A program made the translations under genes and the position numbers. From the NCBI GenBank assembly GCA_963693365.1, contig CAVNZM010000007.1:1473979-1537978 (forward strand): a DNA stretch of 64,000 bases. The letters run 5' to 3'. The notes beneath the pieces are model-generated. The model was not told where the DNA came from and ran no database searches. It worked only from the letters and a program-made list of their open reading frames with translations. Numbering within the stretch: the first letter of the stretch is position 1; each line of letters starts with the position of its first letter. The DNA is from Amoebidium appalachense. Lineage: Eukaryota; Protista; Ichthyosporea. This document shows, piece by piece, positions 28,928-46,541 of this stretch.

Positions 28928-30292
28928 CTACATCTCCAATGATTGGTCCTCCACATCCACCATGTTTCGTAGCCTCGATCCATTCCTTGGGGCGCTCGTA
29001 CCCGCCATCCTTCCCTGCCCCTTCTGTTGATTCCCTGGCCCTGCCTTTGCGGGAGACTTTGTGTTGTTTTTCTTTTGCGCCTGGGGTAATTTGCTCCCCT
29101 TGGTCTTCGGGGGCGCATCTAGTTTCAGCTCCGGCTGTGGGTTAGGCATAGATTGCCCCCTCTCCTGCATAAGCGCGAGTTTTCGTGCGCTCGACGGTGA
29201 AGATTTGGGCGATGGTTTGGGGGACCCCTTCACCTGCGGCACGTTTTCCGTTTCGCCTTCGTCATCCGCGTGTGCCTCGTCTCTCTCTGGTTCGGCCTCC
29301 GGGCCGCCGTAATGCTCCGCATAGTATTCGTAGTTGAACGGCGTGGAGTAGGATCGCTCATACGACGGCTCAATGTTCCAGTGGAGAGGAATGGAGGAGA
29401 GGGTCGGCAGAGAGTTAATGTCAATATCCTCCATAGAATCCCCCGCAGTGGGCACGGAGTAATCTGAAAGCGTGTAGTCGACACAAATCTGCTCGGCAAG
29501 AGCATCAATGTCTGCGTCAGTAAGGTTAAGCCCGTAAAGGGGAGAAGAAGGCATCTCAATGGTGGCGGTGGGCGACGTAGCCGTTGCGTCATCGCTCGCG
29601 CTAAACGCGTAGTGTCCGCTGTTCAGCCGTTCGAGTTGAGCTGGCTCGTGAGCCGGTTCCTGCTGTGTGGAAATGTCATCGTCCGAGTAGCTGTTGGGGT
29701 TGGAGTTGTGCCGCGTGAACGAGCCCGAGCTCAGAGAATGCGCCAAACGCGACAAAAGAGGACTGCCCGTGGATGACTTAGGCGGGCGCCCACCCTCGCT
29801 CTGTGTGTTCATAAGAAGACTTGTCTTTTCGTTATCGTCCGCGTAGCTCACAGGGTTAGAATTCATCCGGTTGAAACCAGTCGATAGAGCGACGGCGGCT
29901 ACAGCTGGGGAACGAGGACCAAACGCGCCAAAATCCGAAGGCTCTCGGAGGGATGCGGAAGACGGCGCCTGAAAACCGGCCGGAATGCGGACATCCACAT
30001 TCTCATCCTCATCATCGCAGTTATAGCTAAACGGGTTGGAGTTGCAACGAGTGAAACCAGGGGAATTCGCTAGCAGATCCACGGGTGAGATGGGCTTGGG
30101 GGAGGGGACTTTCGCTTCGCCTTCGCACTCTTCCTCTGTGCGGTCGGGGGAAAATTCGTCGTCGGAATCATCGGCGTGATCAATGACATCCGCCGGCACC
30201 CTCTTGGTGGCTCTGGATTTCTTTCCTGCCTTCGTGTTCTTTGCTTGGTTCTTGGCGAGCGCCGCCAATGCGGATGTAGCGCCTGGGGTGAT
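28928..30292 (-). CDS. Large terminal exon of an uncharacterised S/P/D-rich, likely disordered protein with repeated FxRxNSNPxSY motif
   Basis: 1365-nt open frame free of microsatellites, begins after acceptor ctttgcag| at 30292 and ends in TAG at 28930-28928. The upstream exon or start was not confidently located. Confidence 0.78.
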   Translation of the reverse strand: MTPGATSALAALAKNQAKNTKAGKKSRATKRVPADVIDHADDSDDEFSPDRTEEECEGEAKVPSPKPISPVDLLANSPGFTRCNSNPFSYNCDDEDENVDVRIPAGFQAPSSASLREPSDFGAFGPRSPAVAAVALSTGFNRMNSNPVSYADDNEKTSLLMNTQSEGGRPPKSSTGSPLLSRLAHSLSSGSFTRHNSNPNSYSDDDISTQQEPAHEPAQLERLNSGHYAFSASDDATATSPTATIEMPSSPLYGLNLTDADIDALAEQICVDYTLSDYSVPTAGDSMEDIDINSLPTLSSIPLHWNIEPSYERSYSTPFNYEYYAEHYGGPEAEPERDEAHADDEGETENVPQVKGSPKPSPKSSPSSARKLALMQERGQSMPNPQPELKLDAPPKTKGSKLPQAQKKNNTKSPAKAGPGNQQKGQGRMAGTSAPRNGSRLRNMVDVEDQSLEM

Positions 30293-32794
30293 CTGCAAAG
30301 GGACCGTGCAGAATGTAAATATTAAACAGAAGGCTCATTGCTATATGGTTAAGGTGTCTCCACTTCGTGTCAGAGTGCTAGAAAAAGGGAAACAGGCTCG
30401 ACAATGTCGTGGTGCCTCTATAATTTGCAGTTTTTAAAAGGTTTAGGTAGTTTAAATTTGTTTTTTTTGAAATATCGTGTTAGGAAAACATTTAACTGGG
30501 AGACGGTTACTACCATGTATTATGCTAAGAGAGTCTGCAGCAAAACAAAATTCGTGTGCACATGCCAGCTGAGCGAGCACTAGCCACCGAATCCTGAGTG
30601 TGTGTATGTCACGGTTGACTTGTTATCTGAATCGACGAGTCAGTGACGAACGTTCGTTTCATAAGTGTGTCTGAAGCTGTCACGGTCTTCCTGACACACC
30701 ACAAGTGTACTGTGCAAGTCTGCAAATATGTACACACAATGACTGGAGTGCCTGCAGTGCCCACGTGCCTGCCTATACATAACTGTGGGTGTGCATGATG
30801 CGTTACACAGTGCATGTGCACTGACTAATATTAGTGTACCTTTTCAAGAAAAAATGTCCCAAAAGCCTGCAAAACTTCATCCCGGTTGCACAATGCCATC
30901 AGCCTGCTAAGTTTGAAAGGACGAGGAATCCGTTGCAGAAGATAAAAATGGGGTATAAATGAATTTGAAAACCCCCTTGGGCTTTGCTTGTTATTGATGT
31001 TAGTCAGTAGATCGATGTGGCTGTAGCCTCCTGTTCATCCATCATCAAACTATGATGATGCTGGCAACATCGCGTTTCAGACTTCTCATAGAATGCGGAA
31101 ATCATGTTTCACTTCTTAGTTTGCTTAGCCAAAACCGCAAAATAAAAGTGTAAGTATGCTCAACGGTGTGTTATCGCCAGTGTTGGTCAGTCAATTGGTT
31201 TAATCGGAATAGAACTCATATAGGCATGCCGATCAGATTCACCAAACACTGTTCACAGCAGTCGTTTAACAGCCGTATGCCTTTCGAGATTACACAAAAC
31301 TGTCCATTTACTAAGAGGAGGGCGCCAAAATAAACATGGTATGGCTTAGTGATCGCCCACCTGAAAAACTGTCCTGCCTGCAATGCTGTTCTCATCCTTC
31401 GAAGGTGCCACCATGCGAGCCTTGCCCTGCCCCTGCGTTGCAACTGTAGCAGACATCTTTGTAGATCTCTATACACACCAAAAGCAGAACCAAAAACTAG
31501 TTGTAGGGGTGTCAAAAAAGGATAAGGAAGTAGAAGGAACTAATATCTATTTTGAAGTCTTAAAGTAGGTCTACCACTGCGTGAACGAATTGGTGTTTCG
31601 TTTGTGAGTGCCTCAACGGGACGAGTATCAGTAACCTCACTAACCAGACGTTGTAAGCGGGTATAAGACTGCGTGATAATAAACTAATAAGAATATGTAT
31701 AGGAAACTCACAACAAGCCACCAGATTTATCAATTGCGCAATCCTCGAATATTGAAGTTTTGGTAAGAAAAAGTAAGTGCAAACACAAATAGCATACTCA
31801 TAACTAATTATAAAATTTACTTTTTCCTATCTTTAAATTGCTGGCTCGTATATGTGGATTACTTAGCACAACTGGCAGCCAAACTGGCGGCCACGCGCGG
31901 CACTTTTGTGCTCAGATTGCGTCCATACGATAACGAAAACAATCCAATCAGTGTCATGCACACTAATGACCATTTTGCCGCGTAGTGATAGGTGTATTCC
32001 GCACCACATTAAGAGGACGGTAAAATGTGAGTGGGCTCATTGCGGCATGCATATGCCCCACCGGGGGCACGCACACACAGAGACGTGCACAGTCACGTCA
32101 CGTATAGGAGGCGCGCAGAGTGACACGCACATACCATGTTTATCCTCCCATCACACTGTTACTAAGACCTGGTTTCCATACAAATTGCTACTATTGTAAA
32201 TGCGGAGTGACTGTCGTAGGACGGTGTGAGAGACAACACGTGCTGCAGTTTGAAAAAGCGGATCCGGTACATGCGTGCACTGCCCTGAGATGATCACAAA
32301 GCTGGACTCGTGGCATGCTCATATCTTTGATTCGAGTAAACAGCGTAACCCCCCCCCCCCCCATGCTCATATCTCGACTAAAACGCATAAACGGCAACAT
32401 CAGCCCTGTTTAATGTGGAAGCACAGACCGTCGTTGAATGTTTAGTGCACGATTTGTACACATGCAGGTTCGCATATCAGCGGCGATCTTTCACAAGTGT
32501 TTCACTCTGTGTTGTTGTACATCAGCAAGACAGAGAGAAAATGATGCCAGGAGTGTGGACAAGGGAAGGGGAAGCGAAGGAAACGAATAGGGGAAGGGGT
32601 GGGGGGCGCAGTGGAGGTGGGCTGGATTCGGTTTGGCTGGGATTTGGAAAGTTTGGTTAGTATACCACGTGTAGCTATTGCCAATGCGTTAAAATGAGCG
32701 CAAGAAAGATGCATAGGCCATGCTTTAAAATGAGCTCAAGAAAGATGCATGGCCGCGGCGGGTTATGCGCCGAAGCCTAGGAGGAGCGGGGGAA

Positions 32795-32840
<46 letters not shown>

Positions 32841-33391
32841 GAGGGCGGGGGGGGGGGGGGGGGGGGGGGGGGGTGTTTACGGCAAACTTCAGCGATTTCG
32901 TGTATCTTGGTACAACCACCAGGTAACCATCAGCTAGCCTATTTCTATTTCGCACGAGGCTTTGGGTGCAAGGGCAACACGCTCCTCGCAACACATGCCT
33001 TTCATATATCTATGGCACTGTAGCCATATGTGGTGAGTACATATGCTGTGTTCTATGTCTCAAACCCAAAAACCCAAATACAACACTCCATATTATGTAA
33101 ATGCAACCAATACCAGCAGCATCTGCTTGCAAAGTCTGAAATACACTGGGCATCAAACTCCCATAAAACAGAAACATCTTCGGCATCAATTGTTTTTCAC
33201 AAAGCGAAATGCCATGATCATAAGCTCAACCACTGATTTGCAATTGCTACACATAGTGTGACTGCTGAGGGAAGAGGTAGGGAGGACAATGAGGGAAGGG
33301 AGTACGTGAGGAGGTGGAAAGCTGGATGGAGTGGTTGCGTGTGTGTGTGTGTTTGGGGGGAGGGGGGAGTGGGGGGAGGGGGGAGTGGTAT

Positions 33392-38522
<5,131 letters not shown>

Positions 38523-39816
38523 TTTCAAAGCTCGCTGAGTACTGCGGTGTGTTTCTAAGTAGCAATGTTGGGAGTGATCTCGCCGTCCGCCTTGTGTTGT
38601 CGGTAAAAACAAGGAGGCCGGGGTAAAAAAAAAAAAAAAAAAAAAAGCTCTGTGGAAAAAGCCGATTAGCTTTTGATCGCGTCGATCGGCAACAATCGGA
38701 TCGCGTTCCAACTTCCCGGCCCACGGCAGTACATACCTGGGATTCCAGAGATCTGAGAAGGCAGTTTCAGCACCTGCGAATCCAGCCGCGAATCAGAAAG
38801 AAAAAGAAAGATAATTTAAAAATAAACATCCATTCTTTCTGTAGGGTTGTAATTCTATACAACTGCTTTCTATATGCATGTACACGGTGCATGTACATCA
38901 AGGCATCCGGGGAAATATGAGGCCCCGGAGTTACACTGACTGCTGGAATGTTATGTAGCATACCAAAAATCTTTTTGACCAATAAATTTAGAGATAGCCC
39001 TGATTTGTGCATTCCTAGACTAAAAGGCTGGCCCGCTTTGCAAGCCATGGGAAGGCAGAGCCCCTCAGTGCCGAACATCCAGAAACCCAAGAGAGACGTC
39101 GTGGGGGTGTTTTACTGCCTTTACGTTATGGCAGAATGAAATGATGTGTACATCGTGACACAGTTTTTTCTAGGTGGGTGATGACTGGTGATGACTACAT
39201 GAGGCACCAATGGCACATGTTTTTGGGTCTATCTTCTACGACCAAACATTGTCGCGAGTCCATAAAGCACCAAAAACAGCCAGTATCGAGGAGTTACTCA
39301 AGTTACGAGCAAACACATTCCCTTGATCATGTCTAGATCTTTCCCAGTAAAGCAACTTGCTGCCGCCCAAGGGGTGCGAGATTCAGGATATTGTCACTGA
39401 TTTTGCAATTGAGTCCTGCAAACGTGAAGTCAATCAACCATTGAATGAAAGTGCGCGAATAACTCTACTGGTTTGTACGAACATCCAAACACTTACGCAC
39501 CAATAACTATCTCTTAGTGCACAATCTAGCATCTTCTTTTATTAGTTCAGTTTTTGTGGCTGCTTTTTGATTGTGTGGCACAGCCTGGCAGTCATTCACT
39601 GGTAGATAAGGGACCGGGCTTGGTCACAAATCATTAGACGCACCATGGGGCCACCGGCTTGGAATGGGCTGAGGCCCATAATGAGCAGCCTTATAGCCTT
39701 TGGGTGGCTAATATGGTCTGCGCAAGCACAAATAGGTATGTGTGTGTGTGTGGGGGTGTTTGTGTGTTTGTGTGACACTCTCAAGTTATGCGTGTGTCTC
39801 ACGGTGTTTGTTCGTT

Positions 39817-39859
<43 letters not shown>

Positions 39860-41735
39860 ATGCGTGGGTGTGTGTGTCACCATCAGAGTGTGCGCGAGCG
39901 TCATAGTGCGTGTGGAGTGTGGTGTGCCGCGGTACTAGTATGGTTACCTATGTGTTTCAGAAGTTGTGGGTGAAGGTTATTCACGATATGTGAGCTCATC
40001 TGTCAGATTTCACCAGCGTGATGCTATGTTGATGGAGGCTGACAGTGTACGTGTGTCTGAAAGAGTTTGTACACGTTTGCAATTTACGAAGCACACACCT
40101 AATACATCTTGCCTGTACAAGTGTGCACTTTTGTAGTGCCCACAGGCTTTCAACGGTCATATGTGCACATAGCTCTCCGAGGCTTTTTTTTTTTTTTTTT
40201 TTTTTTTTTTTGGGTGTGGGTAAGTTGGGGGGGGGGAGGGGGGGGGGAGTTGGGGTGGGTGGGTGAGGAGGGGGAGGGGGGAGGGGAGGGGAGGGGGGGG
40301 GGGAGGGGGGGGCAAGATTTTGCAAATGAAAGTCACGTGACTGCGTATGCTCCATTGCACTTCTAGAGTATGAACAGAGTATTGGTGCAGTTTGCGAAAT
40401 CTACAACCCCCCCCCACCCCAACCCCACCCCCACCCCCATCCCCTCACCCCCCCCTGTCCCTTCGTCAGCATTCCCCCCACCCCCCGAACCCCCACTGCC
40501 CCCGTTGAAAAACGGGTCGGCGTGCCTATCATGTGCTGTCCGACAGTTTAAATAAGTTGTGGTTTGGAACCACCCGCGACAGCTTGAAATTTCTGTGGAG
40601 GCATGGGAACGTCCCTTCAATTATTAGACTCTGTTCAAGTGTCTCCTGCCTGCCTTTGGGTGAGGAGGGCTTCTGGTCAAAGTTTATATCGTTGTGACTT
40701 TTTTGGTTTTGTCTTTTCACGTCTTCACTTCCATAATTATTACCACATCCCTGTGATACATACATCACCTCCCCCCCTCCCCCCTCCTCCCTCCCCCCCT
40801 CCCTCCTCCCCTCCCACATCCTCCCCCCAGAGGGTACCCTTTGAATAGCGTGTGCGAGTCCCCTGCAATTAGACTCAATAATGACACATGCTCTTTGCGT
40901 AGTGATTGCGTTACTCAGACAAGGTTCGTCATAAATGCATTTCAGGCCAACCCTCGCCTCCCCCTGAAATACACGGTTGCAGATCATTGGAATGCGATTC
41001 TTGGGAACCACTTGCATGTGCAAGCATGTGTGTTATGGTGCGTACGTGCATGCATGTTGTGCCAATCTCAGCGTGTTTGCCTGCATTCATGTGTGATTGT
41101 TGTATGTGTGGGGAAGGTGCACGCACGTATCTCATCTCTGCGCGTGTGTCACTGTGCATGTGCCCGTGTGTGTGTGTGTGTGTGTATGTGTGTGTGTGTG
41201 TGTATATGCGCGCGCGCGAGCGTTCCGGTGTGTGTGTATGGAGGGGGGAGGGGGTGTATGTGTTGCAATATACTGTGTGAATGACATTTTGTATGGGCGT
41301 CAGTCATAGTGTTTTAGGTCAACATGCACGTGTCTGCGTACACATACCACGAGGCGTATATTAAATATGCACCCATGCACTTGTACGATTGGAAGGCCCG
41401 AAGAATTTATTTCCGTGAAATTCTTGAAGCTATCTACATAGGCCCGGATAATTTAACCCTTCCTAGTTGCACAACCATTCAGTTTGAAACAGGTGAATTT
41501 ATCCAATTCACCCTTCCTAGTTGCGCAACCATTCAGTTTGAATTCGTAACAGGTGAATTTATCCAATTCACCTCGGATGACATCCTCTCGGTATTACTCT
41601 AGGCCCAAGAAAGTTTTGTGCCACAACACAACATCGTGCATGGCATACCACCACCACCACAACACCTGCACCCTATATCCCGAGTGTGGCGATCTCGAAC
41701 CAGCAATGGGATCTACCTTTGCCATTTCAGGTGCC

Positions 41736-41766
<31 letters not shown>

Positions 41767-42457
41767 ACCCACCCACCCACCCTTTAGTCCATATGCAGTA
41801 TCTGATTACTTTCGTATTCGAGGTGAATGGGTCGAAACACGGGTACTGTGGATCACTCCCCCCCCCCCCCCCCCCCCCTCCCTCCCCCCCCTCTCTCGCC
41901 CGGGGGGGGGGGGGAGATGGGCTACTTTTTGCTTGTGCTTTGCAAAATCCGCATTGTTCTGTCCGTCGTGAATGTGTACGATCGTACCCTCTATTACATT
42001 CTTACGTCCTCCTCCCCCCCCCCCCCCCCCCCCCTCCTCCTCCCCCCCCCCTTCCCCTCCCCCCGCCAATCCCACACACAGAGTTCCGATCGACTCAGTG
42101 ATCACGATGCCTAGCAACCAACACCATCATAACCTATCACGGTGTGGCAGGCAGTGTGTGCACGCAGAGATGTAATGCAAACACAACGTGCACACACGTA
42201 ACCTATTTCTACTTCAACGGCACGTGTTTGCCTCATAGTGAGTATCTTACACGCCAACCTGGCACGGGTATGGCCGAAATGGTGTTGGCTGTGAGACCTG
42301 ATGGTGTGTAGTCTCCTCCCCTCCCTTCCCCCCTCCTCCCCCCCCCTCCCTCCCCCTCCCACACACACATACACGTGCGCGCATGGGCACACACACACAC
42401 ACAAACACACAAACACACACCCACAACACATACACACACATAAACACACGTACGTGC

Positions 42458-42490
<33 letters not shown>

Positions 42491-42704
42491 GACACACACA
42501 CTCACACACACACCACACGTGCACACAAGCAGACAGACAGACGCCCACATACAGACGCACACATACACACACGAACCGTGACACACACACACACACACGC
42601 ACATCCACATAACACACATACACACACACACACACACACAAAAAATATATAAAAAAAATAAAAAAACACACACAGACAAACACACATACACACACACCTT
42701 GCCG

Positions 42705-42741
<37 letters not shown>

Positions 42742-43712
42742 CCCCCCCCCCCCCCCCCCCCCCCCTCCATTAGGGCCTCTGCTCCTTTTCGTAGGCATGT
42801 CAACCCCCCTCGTGGTAGTACAGTTCAAGATTGTATTGCCAACACAATTTGTGTGATATCTCCTGTTTATACAATCTCTTCATTAATTTTACTTTGTTTT
42901 TTATTTTTTTTTTCTCTTTAGTGATTTTATATTGTTTACCCACTTTTTTTCAACTGTAGTTTAGTCTTCTTGTGTTTGGGTTGGGCTCCCCCCTCCCCAC
43001 ACACACACACCATCTATTGCTTTCATGACCCCCCTCTCCCTTACCCTTCTCCCCTCATCCATCCTCCCCCGGCCGGATCCCCTTTTCCTTCATCCCCATG
43101 TTTGGAATCCCCTTTTGTGTGTTTGTTGTTGTTGCTATACTCCTCCTGTTCACTACAGGTCTGTTTTGCTCTCTCCAAAGCTTTTATACATACAGCCCCC
43201 CCCCCCCCCCAAACAAACAAAAAAAAAAAAAAAAAAACCATCTCGGAGCAAGCTCCAGAAACAAGAATACTACATCCCGAACCACATGTGAATCAAACTA
43301 CATTAGTACTCCCCCCCCTCCCCCCCCCCCCCCCCCCCCCCCTCCCACCCACCCACCCACCCACCGACCCGTCCACTCACCCACTCACCCGCCCACCCCA
43401 CTCCCCACGCCTCACCCCACAATCCTATCCCCTCCCAAACCCCAATCCTCCCCCCCCCCCCCCCCCCCCCTCCCCCCGCCTCCCAAATCCTTGATACCCC
43501 ACCTCCCACTCCTACAACCTGCCACTCACCCACCTGCCCACACAGACACACCACTACATTCACCTCCCTCTTTAGGCTAATGCCACCCAACTTATGGTCT
43601 TCAATATCCAACCTCCCCTCCCCCCCCCCCTTCCCCCCTCCCTCCCTCCCCTCCCCCCCCCCCCCCCCAACCCCCCACCGCGCGGGCTGACTTGCCTATC
43701 ACAAGAGGTTTA

Positions 43713-43892
43713 AGAGTCGGCCCCCGTTCTTTGGTGGAGGCTTAGGAACCCCTCTGATGATGGGCTCTGTTCAAGTGTCTTCTGTCTGCACGCTTCAATT
43801 GTTTGATTTCGGGTTTGACATTTTTGTAACGTTTTGTAGTTTGTCCTTTTGGTGTCTCCTCCATATTCACCAACCTCGAACACATACATCAC
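43713..43892 (+). repeat. Copy of dispersed ~180-bp intronic repeat (family 1)
   Basis: CCCCTCTGATGATGGGCTCTGTTCAAGTGTC...GTAACGTTTTGTAGTTTGTCCTTTTGG...CATACATCACC is the reverse complement of the copies at 11386 and 13483. Partial copies at 11631-11692, 35977-36057, 40628-40768 and 54203-54297. Confidence 0.8.
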
Positions 43893-45178
43893 CCCCTCCC
43901 TCCCATCCCCTCCCCCCCCCTCCCCCTCCCCCTCCCCCTCCCCCCCCCCCCCCCAATCCCCCTTTCTCCCCCTTCCCCCCCCCCTTTACCAAAAAAGGCT
44001 AATCACTGAATCAATGATGCAATTAATGTCACAGCCGGACGGATAGCCCCCAAATTGGCCCCAATGCATTCTGCCATAACTCAAGCATTCTATTGGCTGT
44101 CAGCAACCAATCATCTGGCGCCGATTGCCGCGATCTGTGCCAATCGACACCCACATGCCCGGTGTTTGTATACTTCAGTGATGGCAGGTGTCAGCTTCTG
44201 GCCTCCTGCCCGGAGGTTAATAGTTCGACAAACACACTGTAAATACGCAATGCCAAGTACGGTCCCCCCTCCCCCCTCCCTCCCCTCCCCCCCCCCCCCC
44301 CCCCCCCCCCCCCCGCCGCCCACACACACACACATAAACACACCGTGAGTCTCTGTCCCCTCACCCCCTCCAACCCCCCTTCTTTTGCGTGTGATTTGCG
44401 AGATGTGCATTATGTTATCTGCCATGAGTGTGTACTCTGTGCTCTATAGCGGATTTCAGCCCCCCCTCTTTCCCCCCCCTACCCCCCCACCTTTTCCCGT
44501 GCCCCCCTCTTCCTCCCTGCCCCTCGCCTCCCTCTCCCCTCTCCCCCTCGTCCCATTCCTCCCCGAGAATACTTCTCTACGTGTGGAGGAATAGTTGTGT
44601 GTGAGTGGCATGTGCATGCCAAGCTCACAACAAGATTGGTGGTCTTCATTGTGTATCTGTTTAATATCTGGATTTAGTGAATTTCAACTTCCCTCCCTCA
44701 AGCCCCCCCCCCCCCCCCCCCCTGAAGTTTCTCCCCTCCTCCCCTCCTCACCCCCTCCCTCCCTTTCCCTTCTTGTCCGTGGTCTTATCCTCCTTAAGTT
44801 GATCGTGTGTGCTGACGCTATTGTTGTTGTGCCGGAAGTGCCTGTTTTTTTTGTTTGTTTGTTTTTTTTTCTTTCAGTAAAGGGGTAAAATATCTGCCTT
44901 GCGCCTTTGTTAACCTTTTCATCGCCTTCGTGTTCGTGGCTTTTTCTCTACCGTGTTGATTGCTTCAGTTTTCTTTTCTTTTCCTTTCTTTTTTATTTAT
45001 GCCTTTTCGTGCTTTGTTGTTTTTTCTGCTTGCATACTTGCCACCCTCTACCCCCCCTGCCACAGCTTTAACTTGCTCAACTAGTAATCTTAAACAACCT
45101 GCCACGGTGAAGAACGAGCAATCATCAAGTGTAAGGGGCCAAAACCAGACATAATTGAATAGAGAAGTTTACATACTA

Positions 45179-45364
45179 TGGGGTGGTCAGAGCAAGAATC
45201 GTGTTTTTACGCCATAGGGTTGTGGACCGGATACCCAAATTTGCCTCGATTTGATTGGTTCGACATGTCAGCCATTGAACCCTACCAATCAAATCGAGGC
45301 AAATTTGGGTATCCGGGCCACAACCCTATGGCGTCAAAACACGTTTCTTGCTCTGACCACCGCA
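45179..45364. mobile_element. Foldback MITE (possibly Tc1/mariner-derived, TA target)
   Basis: ~83-bp inverted arms (TGGGGTGGTCAGAGCAAGAA...CTCGATTTGATTGGT / ACCAATCAAATCGAG...TTCTTGCTCTGACCACCGCA) with ~4 mismatches around a ~20-nt spacer, flanked by TA on both sides; intronic. Confidence 0.75.
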
Positions 45365-45451
45365 TAGGTTATACTTTTGGTCACCTCCCTCCCACTCTCC
45401 CTCCTTTTGCCTTCACTCAACAGCCGCACCCACTAGCTGCGTTACTCCTTC

Positions 45452-45685
<234 letters not shown>

Positions 45686-46120
45686 AGTACACACACACAA
45701 GCACATTCCTTCCCCTCTCTGCCCCCCCCCCCCCCCCCCCCCCCCCCTTCCACCCAACCCCACCCCACCCCACCCTACCGGCCCAAACTCCGGTGCTTTT
45801 AGATGCATTGGATAACTAAAGAAAGAAAAGTGGAGTCAAAAAACAATCAAAGCATCCGCTGCCACAAACAACAAACGGACAAGCAAGCCCACACACACGC
45901 AACACCTCTGACCTCCTCCCCCCCCCCTCCCCCCCTCCCCCCCCCCCCCCCCGCCGCCGCCTCCTGTAGCAATCCCTCACCCCTCATCCCCCCCGACCCC
46001 ATCACCAACCCCCTCCCTACATCGCCATGCCCCCCTCTCTCCCTCCATCTTTCCCCCATCCCCCTCCCCCCTCCCCCCGGCCGCCGCTGCCCCCCCCACC
46101 CACACAAAACACACCCACAC

Positions 46121-46177
<57 letters not shown>

Positions 46178-46313
46178 CACCCCCCTCCCCCCCCCCCCCC
46201 CAAACACACACACACCCACACACACACACAAACACCCCCCACACACACACAACACCCATCACCCACCCCACTCCCCTCACTCCCCCCCCCCCCCCCCCCC
46301 CCCCCCCCCAAAG

Positions 46314-46541
46314 CATTTCAATCTGCAAGCAGTAAAGCATGCCCAAGCACCTACGTCACTTCCGTTGATTCGTCAATCTCAACGCCCCAAAATTGTGCAC
46401 TGGCCTGTCTCCAATCACCCACATGTGGCCGTATATCCTTCGACTATGAAACTACCACGTGTATTTTCTATACTTACTGCTCGGCTTCTCTTCTGGAAAC
46501 TGCTAGTGGCAAGCAGGTTGCATATGCAGTCAAACCAAATG
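46314..46541 (+). CDS. Intact PAN/Apple-domain exon (phase 1-1)
   Basis: ccaaag|..KACPSTYVTSVDSSISTPQNCALACLQSPTCGRISFDYETTTCIFYTYC...AYAVKPN G|gtacta; CxxxCxxxxxC...C..Y PAN pattern; 228 nt. Confidence 0.7.
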
